DNA of 63,739 nt, filler included. It is 12 parts of 12 records of this genome, joined end to end, with 100 filler letters (N's around TTAATTAATTAA, not from the genome) between each part and the next. Parts side by side here need not be neighbours in the genome. Positions count along the whole stretch, not along the records: positions 41,298 to 47,894 come from SRR7504441_6365; positions 47,995 to 55,550 come from SRR7504441_6368; positions 55,651 to 60,561 come from SRR7504441_6369; 9 more parts are not named here. One strand, given 5' to 3'. This document shows positions 46,067 through 56,820 of this stretch, piece after piece. Each line of letters opens with the position of its first letter. The first letter of the stretch is position 1. The notes under the pieces are model-generated. The model searched no databases and had not been told where the DNA came from. It worked only from the letters and a program-made list of their open reading frames with translations. The position numbers and the translations under genes are program-made.

Positions 46067-47680
46067 ATGCCGGTCAACTCGGAGCAGTCGGCACTGGCCA
46101 ACACCAACGATGGTGCCTTCATGGGCATGGGCCAGAAAGAGACCCGCGCTCAGAAGACCGCCAAGGCCGGCGAAGCAGAAGGGTAACTCTCGTTTGCTGG
46201 GACCCCTCGCTGACTGGTGCGGGGGGCAGCACTGCTGCGCTCATGACGGACGAGGAGAAGGCTATGAGCGTGGACGAGTGGAAAACGGTGAGCACGCAGC
46301 GGGCCGTGTCGAGGTGATGACTGCTGCGGCCAGGTGTTCGAACGATACGATAAGGAAATCGATTTCGTCAAGAAGGGGCTGGAGAAAGGGCGGCACGAGG
46401 ACGCTGTGAAGGATCTGGACGAGCTTCTGGCTAACATTGTAAGCCCGGCCCACCACACGGCCCGGCATTGGTCTAGATGGCTCACCGCGTGGGTGTGACA
46501 GTGCTACGACACGAAACTGTCGGGGCACGCCGTGGTGGTGGCATTCTTTAAGATCAACCCAGCTCTGATACACCTGCACCGCGAGATCAAAGTGGAAGGT
46601 TACGCAGCAGCAGAGACCTACTGGTCAGTTTGGCAGCCGCTGAGGAGCGCCAGGCATTCATTGTGGGTGGTCACAGGTGGGAGAGCTGCGACAAAGGGAA
46701 GTCGCTCTGCATTTTCGGACCAGAAAGTGAGCTCCGACAATTCTGTGGGAAGATTGCCACAAACAAATGGTTCGATTACTTCATTCTTTCCCTGATATTA
46801 ATCGGCACCATTTGCCTGGCAATCGACAGCCCAGTGTACTGCACCCAGGAGTGGTGCGACGTCTTAGAGATCATCGACCTTGTCATCAATGTGATCTTTA
46901 CAATAGAGATGTGCCTCAGAATCATATATATGGGGTTCTACATGAGCAAAACAGCATACCTCCAGGATGGCTGGTTTGTTTTGGATTTTTTGGTTGTGAT
47001 CACTGGTTGGCTTTCAATGATGGATGGGTTCCCAAACTTCAAGCCATTCCGAGCGTTCAAGGCGCTGAAGACCGTCAAGGCCATTCGATTACTGTCGTAC
47101 TGCGCAGCGGTGCGTATCCAGCTAAAGCTTATAGCAGCTCATTGTAGCAAAGATCTGGCCCTTGTTAGATTCCTTGCCTATCTTGCACAGCTATTGGGCG
47201 ACCCGAGCTTGAGCTTTGGCCTCAGGTTCTCGACGCACTCGTTTATGGCATGCCACTCTTCATCGATGTCTTCTTGGTCACTTTTTTCTTGTTGACCATC
47301 TTTGGAATCATGGGAGTACAGCTTTTCAACAAGGCTATGCATCGTAAATGCCAATTGATTGGTTCTGACGTCGGTAGTGTAGACGACTTTATAGACGTTG
47401 GTGCAGGGATTCAAATGTATTGTGGTGGGGACATGTACGGCGGCGTATATGAACGGGATAGCGATGACCAATGCTGTACTAGTGGTGTGTGTGCTCGTTG
47501 CCAGTTATATTCTGAGGAGGGCCTCACTTGTCCACGCGGATTCTATTGTCATGTTATGTTTAGCCAACAGCTTGATAACGATGGGTGGACTAAATTTGAT
47601 AACATCGCAGGTTCAATGTTTACTCTGTTCCAGATGATGACGCTCGAAGGCTGGAGTGAAATCATGTACGACTACCTAGT
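46067..47680 (+). CDS. Voltage-gated Ca/Na channel-type domain I (S1-S5 + pore loop), incomplete
   Basis: KSLCIFGPESELRQFC, WFDYFILSLILIGTICLA, IFTIEMCLRII, YLQDGWFVLDFLVV, S4 KPFRAFKALKTVKAIR, FGIMGVQLF, FDNIAGSMFTLFQMMTLEGW. No S6 follows. Confidence 0.85.
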
Positions 47681-47686
47681 GAGGAG

Positions 47687-47894
47687 ATGTATGCGTTCCT
47701 GCTCAACTACAAGCTTGAACAGTATCACACTACTCTGATCAAGCTGGTGGACAATCTTGATGAACTTGCCAGGCTCAGTATTCAGGACTATCAAGAAGCT
47801 GGCCTGAAGTTGCTGCATGCTCGGAATCTGGAAGCTGCACTACATGAGAGAGCATGTGCGATGCCGCAGGAGGGAGAGGAGCACCCAACCAACC
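47687..47894 (+). CDS. SAM-domain-like coding fragment
   Basis: MYAFLLNYKLEQYHTTLIKLVDNLDELARLSIQDYQEAGLKLLHARNLEAAL fits the SAM pattern. Runs to the contig end. Confidence 0.55.
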
Positions 47895-47994
47895 NNNNNN
47901 NNNNNNNNNNNNNNNNNNNNNNNNNNNNNNNNNNNNNNTTAATTAATTAANNNNNNNNNNNNNNNNNNNNNNNNNNNNNNNNNNNNNNNNNNNN
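47895..47994. other. Artificial contig linker
   Basis: N44-TTAATTAATTAA-N44. Confidence 0.98.
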
Positions 47995-48891
47995 TGCGGT
48001 ACCAACATGGCCCAGGCCTCTCAACTCACCCCTGTGGCCCAGCGACGTGACCAAAGAGAAAGTGCTGCGCATGTGTGTGGCCTGCTTCCGGGTGAGCCCG
48101 GCTGCCGCCTGTATGCTGAGTGTCATGGGGCCAGAACCTTGTGGACAAGTCTGACCATAACGAAGTCATGATTGAGCAGGGCGCCCTCAAGCAGCTTGTG
48201 GTCTCCCTCCCCCGTGGTGCACAGCTGACCCGGGCCGGCAGGTGCTGCGCAACAAGACGTGGTCCGACGAGGAGGTGGTGGACGACCTGCAGGTGGTCGC
48301 AGACTCTCTTGCCAAGAGTGTCAAGATACTCAGGCACCGCGGGCCTCGGGCGCTGGCGAGCCGGTGGGCCAGCTCGGTGGACAAGTACCGCGCGGAGGTC
48401 AAGACCGGACAGCTCGATTGGACTCCGGTGCACAAGTCTGAATCCTTCTTCCGCGAGAACGCTGAAAAGTTTGCTCCTCTCGGGAAGCCAATGACCGAGT
48501 TCGACGACCTCAAGTAAGCAAGGACAGCTCGACGGGGCTGACCGTCTGGCCAGGCTGTTAAGCAAGCTGCTGCGTGAGAAAGTGTCGATGATGCATCCGC
48601 AGAAGGAGGACACTAGGACGATCGCAGTGATCTGTCACGACCTCGGCGAGTTTGCGCGCTGGCACCCACGCGGCAAGAAGTGAGCTGGCTGCTAGTGCGA
48701 CGCTCTAAGCTGCTGGCTGCAGGATCCTGAACGAGGACGCTTCGCTGTACAACGACGGGCTTGGATCGACCAAGTCAATTGTGATGCAGCAGATGACAGA
48801 GGCCACGGATATGGAAGTGAGCAAGAACGCGCTCACCTGCATTCACAAAATGATGGTTAACAATTGGCAATTCCTGGAACCAGCACGGTAG
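47995..48891 (+). CDS. ATP6V1H: V-type ATPase subunit H, 5' truncated, multi-exon
   Basis: KEKVLRMCVACFRNL, WSDEEVVDDL, LSSVDKYRAEVKTGQLDWTPVHKSESFFRENA, AVICHDLGEFARWHPRGK, NALTCIHKMMVNNWQFL. Confidence 0.92.
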
Positions 48892-49118
48892 ATCTGTGTG
48901 GTTGTTGTAAGTTAGGCAAACAATACCGAAGAGGCAAGTTCGAAGCTAGGTTGGCTTCTCGGCCCCCGATGCGTTAAATTATTGTTTGAATTAAAAGTAT
49001 TGAATCTTATAATCAACATCAATCATACATCAGCATGAGTTGTGCCGCTACTGCGCCAGTAGGCAGCACAAAGTGCCATGCACTATGCCACCGTAAATAA
49101 GCGTTCTTCGCGGCGTCC

Positions 49119-51758
49119 ATGTTCGTCTTGCTTCAGCTCGCGGTCCTGGGCTGCGCAGCCACGGCGGCAGCTGTGCCTATCGAGCCAGCGGTGTCGGTCA
49201 GCGCGGCTGAGTACCTCCAGGCGGCCCGGAGGAGCATCCGGGCGCTGCCTGACCCGACCAGCAACTGTCTGCGCGGCGTGCACTACTGCACTGACGGTTT
49301 CGAGCTGGCTGCGGCGACCGCGCTGCTCGGAGAGATCACTGGCAACCGGACCGACTTGGAGCAGGCCGCCCGACTGCTGCGCACCTATGCGCAGTACTGG
49401 GCCACTGCCACTCGGGATGGCCGAGAGCCATTCGCGGGGCAGTGGGACTTCTTCCAGTGCTTCCCAGTGGCCTTCGCCTACCGGGCGGTCAACAACACGA
49501 GCGCTGGTTTCAATGCGAGCGAGCAGCGCTGGCTCAAAGGGGCGGCGGCCGACGTTTGTAAACCGCAGATGCTCGGAGCTTTCAACCAACCGCTCTCACG
49601 TGCGATCGGCACTGCGACTGCGCTCACAGTGTGGCCGGATCTGGATGTGAACGGCACCTGGGCTAAGTATGTCCAAGCCGTCTGGTCTGGCTGGGCGAGC
49701 CAGCAAGCCTATACTGAGAATTCTCCGGTTTACAATTCAATATTTCTAATGAACCTGCTGGGACTGGCAGAGATGCTAAAGCCTGGAACCAAACCGGAGT
49801 ATGCCACCGCCGAGCTGGAGCAGACCATTGGCAGATACAGGGACCTGGTCGGACCTGCCAACGCGCTGTCGTCCATCCCATCATTCGGCGACTCTTGGCC
49901 GGGCGCCGGACTTCCGTGTCTCATACCGAACTGCACCACCCGCACAATGTGGCTACAGGAAGACGCTGCATTCTGGCCCGCCGTATTTGAACGGGCCGCC
50001 ACGCTGTTCAATGACGGCAGCTTCAGAACTGCAGCAGCGGCGTACTTCAACCTTGCCAGCACCAGTTTGCCCTCCGCCAAGGGAGCGTTCTGGCTCCTGC
50101 GAGCTTCGCAGTGGGTGGGGGAGGTGCCGGCGGCTCCACGTGCACTGCAGACAGCGCTGCTAACAAGGCGGGAGCCCGGAAATCCAAAGTGTCCGGACAA
50201 GGTACTGCTGGTAGGAGGCGCCAACGGAGCGAGGCCTCTGATGCTGCAGGAGCTGTACGGCGACAAAATGAGCCATGCACATCCGATGCAGAAAGGCGGG
50301 ATCGTATTTTATGGGGCCCATAATCACACGTTTCTCAAGCAACAGGGGCGCGACAACCACATGCCGGAGCAGGCGCACATTCTGATGGCCTGGGAGCCCC
50401 CCACCCCCCAAACCCTGCCTTTCCGCAGACCGATGGACACCATGCCAGCGGGTGGCAAGTACCAAGTGCTCGAGCTGCCCACAAACCACATGAGCCAGCC
50501 CAGCCTGGTCCCCGGTCCGAGCTTCCACCTACGCACATTCAACTCGCTCTCCTTCGTGCTTCAGAGAGTCGGCATCAGTGCGTCAGAACAAGCCATGGTT
50601 GACACCTTGTTCATTGCAGATGTTGCACTAGTGGCACAAAACGGCTCAGTTCACACAATCGCTGATTTTGACCGAGCTCACGAGATAGAAAAATGGACCG
50701 TCGAGCTGCAACGAATCCCAGGAGGATGGCACGGGCCCAAGCATGCGAACCTGTCGATTGATGCTGGGTCCAGCACGCAACCCACAGCACTCCGAGCTGA
50801 TGTTCCAGGCGCAGGCACTGCAACCATAAGGCTCAGGCAAGAACTGAGGGGGGCTGGCCCCTGCAAGGGCTGCCAGTTTGACACACGAGAGTTCCCTACC
50901 CTGAGGCTTTCATGGCGGCTTGCAAAAGATGGCGTTTATGCCAATCGAGACTTTGCTCCAATCTTCAGTGTATCGACCGGACCTTACCGAGCGACCCAGC
51001 CGTATCCAACGTTTGGCGAGATGACAGGAGGCAACGACGACTACAACTCGCGACAAGGAATAGGGGCTGGAGCCGGTTATACAAACGTAGGCCAGTTTGC
51101 AAACTGGAGCAACGCAGTGATTGCTAGTCCGCGCTTTTGGCCATTGGTGCAGTCAGTCCGCACAGACAGACCCATCCACGGCGACAGCTACGCAGATGTC
51201 AACCTGACGGGTATGCACTCTGCTGGAAGCCGATGGCGCCGCGAGATGCTCTTGCTGAACGAAGGCCCGCTCATTGTGCTGGACACGCTTGAACCCGCAG
51301 CCCGGATGCATGGCTGGGAAGCAGGACCAGTTTGGCACTTCAATGTGCAGAACGCCCCGAAGGGATGCTCCACCGGCAGCCCGGCACTCTGTGCAATAGT
51401 GCGAGGGTTCAACATGACTGATCGCAACGGAGGTGTGACTCCGGGCAACTTGGAGCTTGCGGTAGCTCTGGCGTCCGACGGTTTGTCCCTTGGTACGTCC
51501 CAGGGACATCTCGTGGGCAAGCTGTCACCATTCAGTGTGTATGGCCAGCGTCTTGTCAACCGAACTGCACGCTTCCTGTCTGTGCTGCAGCCGATTGCTC
51601 AGGATTCGGTCGCTAGCATAGGGCTCGAGTTACTGTGCACGGATGACATCACGAGACCATGTTCAGCCAAGATCCCGTTGCCTCAAGGGCGAGTCGCCCT
51701 TGTGCAGCTTAGCTCTAGATCGAGCCCCACTGGTTGGCTGGTTGAGCGAGTACTGTAA
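49119..51758 (+). CDS. Secreted protein with heparinase II/III / polysaccharide-lyase-like features
   Basis: 879 aa, intronless, signal peptide. Helical N-half with ENSPVYN and IPSFGDS, then HAH, then beta-rich C-half with WRREMLLL...IVLDTL...VWHF. Confidence 0.6.
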   Translation: MFVLLQLAVLGCAATAAAVPIEPAVSVSAAEYLQAARRSIRALPDPTSNCLRGVHYCTDGFELAAATALLGEITGNRTDLEQAARLLRTYAQYWATATRDGREPFAGQWDFFQCFPVAFAYRAVNNTSAGFNASEQRWLKGAAADVCKPQMLGAFNQPLSRAIGTATALTVWPDLDVNGTWAKYVQAVWSGWASQQAYTENSPVYNSIFLMNLLGLAEMLKPGTKPEYATAELEQTIGRYRDLVGPANALSSIPSFGDSWPGAGLPCLIPNCTTRTMWLQEDAAFWPAVFERAATLFNDGSFRTAAAAYFNLASTSLPSAKGAFWLLRASQWVGEVPAAPRALQTALLTRREPGNPKCPDKVLLVGGANGARPLMLQELYGDKMSHAHPMQKGGIVFYGAHNHTFLKQQGRDNHMPEQAHILMAWEPPTPQTLPFRRPMDTMPAGGKYQVLELPTNHMSQPSLVPGPSFHLRTFNSLSFVLQRVGISASEQAMVDTLFIADVALVAQNGSVHTIADFDRAHEIEKWTVELQRIPGGWHGPKHANLSIDAGSSTQPTALRADVPGAGTATIRLRQELRGAGPCKGCQFDTREFPTLRLSWRLAKDGVYANRDFAPIFSVSTGPYRATQPYPTFGEMTGGNDDYNSRQGIGAGAGYTNVGQFANWSNAVIASPRFWPLVQSVRTDRPIHGDSYADVNLTGMHSAGSRWRREMLLLNEGPLIVLDTLEPAARMHGWEAGPVWHFNVQNAPKGCSTGSPALCAIVRGFNMTDRNGGVTPGNLELAVALASDGLSLGTSQGHLVGKLSPFSVYGQRLVNRTARFLSVLQPIAQDSVASIGLELLCTDDITRPCSAKIPLPQGRVALVQLSSRSSPTGWLVERVL

Positions 51759-51953
51759 CTTCGTAACTTAGCTTATTCGTAATGGGTTTTAATCTTCCAG
51801 TTTATTAGTTAATTGATTACCGGGTGTTTGGCCCTTAAACTACTGGGTAGCCCACCCTCAAACGGGTGCGCCCTTTAGTCCTTAATTAAAGTACCGAAGT
51901 ACTATTACGTAGACCGTGAGCACTTATCGGCCGTCGTGGCCTTACAATCTCTC

Positions 51954-53106
51954 TTACTTGGCGCGCCGCGCCGCGCCGCCGCGCCCTTTGGCCGACTTCG
52001 GCTTCGAGACCTGCAAGCACACATTAAGCGGCGCACAATAAGCGGCGCACCTTCCGCTCCGGCGAGAAGCGCACCGAGCCCAATGTCTCGAGCAAGAAGT
52101 CCATGTCGGCGCGAGTCAGCCCTTGCTTGGTTTTGAGGGGCTCCCGCCCGAGAATCTTGCGGAGCAGACCATGGACGCGCTTCTTGGCCTGAAACAGCTT
52201 GATGTTCCTGCCCCGCCTTGCTAAGATGCCCCGCTTGCCTTGTAAACTTACAAGGCCTTGCAAACGCCGGCCGCGAGATCGCCGAGCTCGGCAAAGTCCT
52301 TGAGAAGCTCTTCCTTGACGAGACGAAGAACTTGCTTAGAACCTACCACCCAGCTCAGAACGCACGCCTACCGAGCACCCACCCTCGTTCCGCCGGCCGG
52401 AGTGATCCAACTTGCGGTAAAGCTCCGAGTTCTCCCACACGTAGAGGTAGAAGTGCTCGACCCACCGGCTGGAGATGTCCTCGACGTCCTTGCGAAGCTC
52501 TTCCGTGATATCCTCGATGTCCAGTCCCGGAGGCGCCTAACACATACACATAGGTGAGTGCATGCACGAGATCATGCGCGCCCACCGGGTTCATCACACG
52601 CGGGGTGGTGGTGTCGAAAATCTGCGAACTATTGATAGCTGCAGGAACCGGCTGTCGAAGAATGGCATCCCCTGCCGCGAATGGCAGCACAGCACGCCTG
52701 CGAAACGGGCTGAGCGAAACGGGCTCAGCGCACGCGCGTGCACCTGACCGGGCTCGCTGACGGCGGGGCAGCCGACTGGCGCTCCAGCAGCTTGCGCAAC
52801 GCGCTGACTTCCTCCAGGATGGTGCCCGTGTTCTGCAGAGGAGCACAGATCAGATTCGGCGGCAGCGGCGCTCGGTCACGTTGGCCGACTTGAGCGCCGT
52901 TGCCGCCGAATCCTCGTTGGCCTTTGCGGCGCTGTCGAGGATCACAAGCATCTGCAGGGGGGGCCGGCTGAGCTGACCCCAGGCAGCTGGCGAGCAGGCA
53001 CCCTGCTGAACGAGGGTGAGTCGGGCGCCGGCGAGGTGTTGTCCGTGGAGATCTCGAGCGTGGCCGCGAGCGAGGGGGTGAGCGAGGGGGTGAGCGACTG
53101 CGCCAT
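51954..53106 (-). CDS. Hypothetical protein, 8 exons
   Basis: Seven GT-AG introns give a continuous frame from MAQSLTPSLTPSL to KSAKGRGGAARRAK*. No family recognised. Confidence 0.6.
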
Positions 53107-53593
53107 CTGTGTGGTTTGGAACCAAGCGAATTTGGTTGACAATGAAGGTTCCAAACGATGCACCCGGAATCCAAGGGCAAGTGTGATAGGAAGGGCGCCG
53201 CGCCGGCCACGCACCGACAATCAATACACGTACAGGTTGGCAATGAATTGGCTTGCTTGATGGGCTTAGTCGGGTTGATTACTGCGCACTCAAAAAGTAC
53301 TTACGTAGTAAGTACTACTCGACTGACGTCGTCAGTTGCACGATCGCAACAATTGAACAGATTTAATTAAGACTTAAATACTCGTAACCTATAAGCTTAT
53401 GATCATTGATCAGAGTTCGGTCCGAGTGAGCACTTTAATTAATAGCAAGTACTGTACATGTACGGTACGTACTGATCATAATCAGTGTGCGGCAAGCAAC
53501 TAGTAGTTAACATCAGCAAGGACTAAAGCTAACTATCCAAGCAAGTGTTACACGCACTCGTACTGTCACTAATGATGGCTAGGCGTGGCCGTT

Positions 53594-55404
53594 TCATTGG
53601 TCGGGGTTCTGCAGCATCGCCTGGATCTTGAGCATCTGCTCACTCTTCTTCTCGACCTGCGGCTTGGCCGCCGCCAGCCCCGGCGGGCCTTCCGCAGCCG
53701 GTTGAGGCTTGAGCCCGGGCGGCCCGGCAGCTTGCTTTGGGGCGAGTCCGGGAGGTCCAGTTTGGCCGCTCGACCAAGCCGGCTGGCCTTCTCGCCCGGA
53801 CGCAGCTGGCCTGTCGCTCCGCCACTGGCCGCTAGTGTTTCTAAAGCCCACACTCTTGAGTCACCCAGCTCGGCAGCGCGGCGGACCTGTTTTCAGCCCA
53901 TCGCCTGGAGGAGCCGGATTGGCCCTTGCCGCCCTTGGGGTCGGACCAGCCGCGAGAGCCGGATTTGTCCTGTTGCTGCTCCTCGAGAGATATCACCTGC
54001 ACAGAGTGGGCGCGGCGAGCCCACGGTGCACCTTCTGGGTGAGGTCGGCGATCCGCTGCTTCATCTCCGGCTCCCGAGCCATGGCTTGCTGCAGCTCACC
54101 CCGCAGCTGCTGGTTGGCCATGCTCTCATGTTGCAGAGCCTGGCTCATCTGCCACGGCCTGAGCGCTGCAGCGTGCGGCTGCCTCGCCTGTCCGCTCTGG
54201 TTCAGATACTGCTGGCACTGGAGTCGCAGCCCCTCGCACTCCTCCACAGCCCGTTGCTTCTCGCCGTTCAGGCTTGCCATCTACCCAGCCGTGAGCCCCC
54301 CCACGCAACAGCGCGTGCCTGCTCGTGAAGCGGACCCTGCCCTGCGCCCACAGCCGGTCCGCCCTTGTCCGCATTCTTCTGGAAGGCGTAGCTGCCCGCC
54401 CGATCCGGCCGGCGCTCGGTGTGGGCGCACCTGGCCACTCTCTGCTGGACGAGCTGTATGATGTTGTTCCGCATCATTAAGTCCCGTCGGAGTGCCTGCT
54501 GCCAGTCAGACCGCCCCCCCAGCCGGCCAGGGACTTGCTCGCTCTCGCCGTTCGCCTGAAGCCGTTGGAATCCGTTGAGCACCAGCTCCACCACGTCCCT
54601 GTGGAACTGAGCGTCCATCGGTTGGTCAAAGTTCTTCTGGTTGAACTCATGTGCCTGGGCCAGACTATCAGAGACGGACAGGACACGGCCGGCGCCTGGG
54701 CCATCATGTGGTGGATGAAGCTTTGGATGCTCGGCTCCTCCGTCGGGGCCGGCCGGCTCGCGTTAGCCTGCCGCCGCGACTCAGTACAGCTGATCGGGCC
54801 AGCTCCAGACCGGTTGTTGGGCCGGCTGCGGTCGCTGCTCGTGCGGTCTCTCAGCTGGAATGGCTTGGCCTGGCACGCTGGCCTGCATCGGCTGCTGAGC
54901 CCGTGGCTGTTGCGGGGCTGGTGGCTGTGCGGGCCCTCCAGTGCTCGGATGGTTGGGCCGCTCGGGTTCGGGTGGCTCTTGTGCCTCCTGCGCCCGATTA
55001 CGAGGGATCAGCGGCCCGGAGGCGGACCGGCAAGGACTGGCGGAGCGCGTTGATCATGTCGGTGTGGTAGGCTCTGTCGGCAGGGTCCTTGGCATGCTGG
55101 AGCATTTGCTGATGCTTCAGGATCTCAATCATCTCCGCCGACTGCTCTGCAGCCCAAACTCAACCGCACACGCCCGGCAGGAGGCACCAGAGCCCGCGTC
55201 GCCGGCCTTGCCGACCACCTTCCATCCAGCCGGCGCCGGTGGGGCCGGCTTGGCCTGTTGTGGTACAGGGACTGGTGCCTCCTCCGGCTCCTCCGGCTGG
55301 TGGGCCCCGGATTGCTTCTTCTTGCGGTTGCGCTTCTTCTTGACGTTGCCGGTCGCGTCGACCGAACCGATGCTGCCGTTCAGGGCCGCAAAGCTATTCG
55401 ACAT
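53594..55404 (-). CDS. Low-complexity / coiled-coil hypothetical protein, multi-exon
   Basis: Starts MSNSFAALNG...KKKRNRKKK. P/Q-rich and coiled-coil exons; ends KIQAMLQNPDQ*. Confidence 0.5.
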
Positions 55405-55490
55405 TGTGTTGGATCGCTCCCCCCCAGATGCCAAAGCCTCTTGATGAGCCCGCCAGATGCCCGGCAACGGTTTTTCAGGTGGGATTTGGG

Positions 55491-55550
55491 ATGCCTGCGC
55501 TGCCATGCCCCCACGGCCGGCGGCGCTATCGGTGCAAGGAGTGCGGCGGG
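55491..55550 (+). CDS. 5' fragment of a CxHGRxRxxCKxCGG zinc-repeat protein
   Basis: MPALPCPHGRRRYRCKECGG at the contig end. Confidence 0.55.
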
Positions 55551-55650
55551 NNNNNNNNNNNNNNNNNNNNNNNNNNNNNNNNNNNNNNNNNNNNTTAATT
55601 AATTAANNNNNNNNNNNNNNNNNNNNNNNNNNNNNNNNNNNNNNNNNNNN
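55551..55650. other. Artificial contig linker
   Basis: N44-TTAATTAATTAA-N44. Confidence 0.98.
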
Positions 55651-55671
55651 GTTGTGGCAGCGGCGCGGAGG

Positions 55672-56472
55672 ATGTCCAGTAGTAACGAAGAGAAGCTTGC
55701 GGCATGGGTGGCCGAGAAGCTCGAGCAGTGCGTATCCGGCCGGCCCGCTCCCGCCGCCGACCGGCCGGGGACAGGTACGACAGCGACCCGAGCTTCGCCG
55801 AGAAGCGGAACAAGAAGCATGGCGACCGGGCCGGTTACGAGACTCACCTGAAGCAACAAGCCAAGGGGAAGCTCGAGGGTGCGACCGGCCTGTCCACCTG
55901 GCCCGCTCACCCAGCCGGGGCAGCCCACGCCAACAAGGCCAAAGAAGGGGGGGATGGGGTACCAGAGCAACTCCAAAAAGAGGTCTCCCCAGGGCTCCGG
56001 GGCCAGCTCTGAGCGGCGGGACAGTTCATGGAACAGCAGGAGAAGATCACCCACGCGGCGCTCCAGCTGCAGAACGTGAGCGACGAGATTCAAAAGTGCG
56101 CCCCCGGGCGGGAGAGGGCGCGAAGCCGAGGCTCGGGGGGCAGGCTGCAAGTGTCCAAGCGTGTGAATCACCTGAGCACGACGGAGGTGGACAAGACGAG
56201 CAGCGAAGTGCCGCTGTACAAGCAATACGGTGCGGGCTCTATCCGGGCCCAGGGCCTAGTCTAGGCCAGGCAAGATGTTCCTTCAGCACCCGCACGAGGA
56301 GTTGGCTGGCTCTCTTAAGGAAGCCGGGCAGAAGATGCAGGAGCGGGAGGATGACTTGAAGAGCAAGTTTGTGTATTTCGAGAAGCAGCGCTCGGAGGCC
56401 GAGACGAATCTCAAGGAGATGATGACCGCACTGCAGGCGCAAATGATGGCGGCTGGTGCCTCGGGTGCTTGA
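55672..56472 (+). CDS. PFDN1: Prefoldin beta-type subunit 1 with N-terminal extension, multi-exon
   Basis: QFMEQQEKI...LSTTEVDKTSSEVPLYKQYGKMFLQHP...LKSKFVYFEKQRSEAETNLKEMM. Confidence 0.75.
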
Positions 56473-56820
56473 GCTCAGCTGCGGGAGGTGTAGCAGCGAC
56501 AGCCAGAGCAGGTCCGGATGTGTAGTCGGATAAGTAGACCAGTAGTGGTAATAATGAGTGCGCAGAGCACTCACAACAATCCTTGGCGAGCTCGAATCGC
56601 GCTGTTACGCCTCTAGAGAGGCCAGTCAGGCCACACATTCACTATTTAAATCCGAGGGTGAACTCTTGTTATCAGACATTGAAGATTTGCCATTGATTTT
56701 AAAAGAATTTCTTGTCGAGAACACGCATGCGCCAATCTCATCGCATCGCTACAAGTAAGTACGAGTACTATCCAACTCGCGAACCCGCACCCGCCGATCT
56801 TATCATTAATTAATACCACG

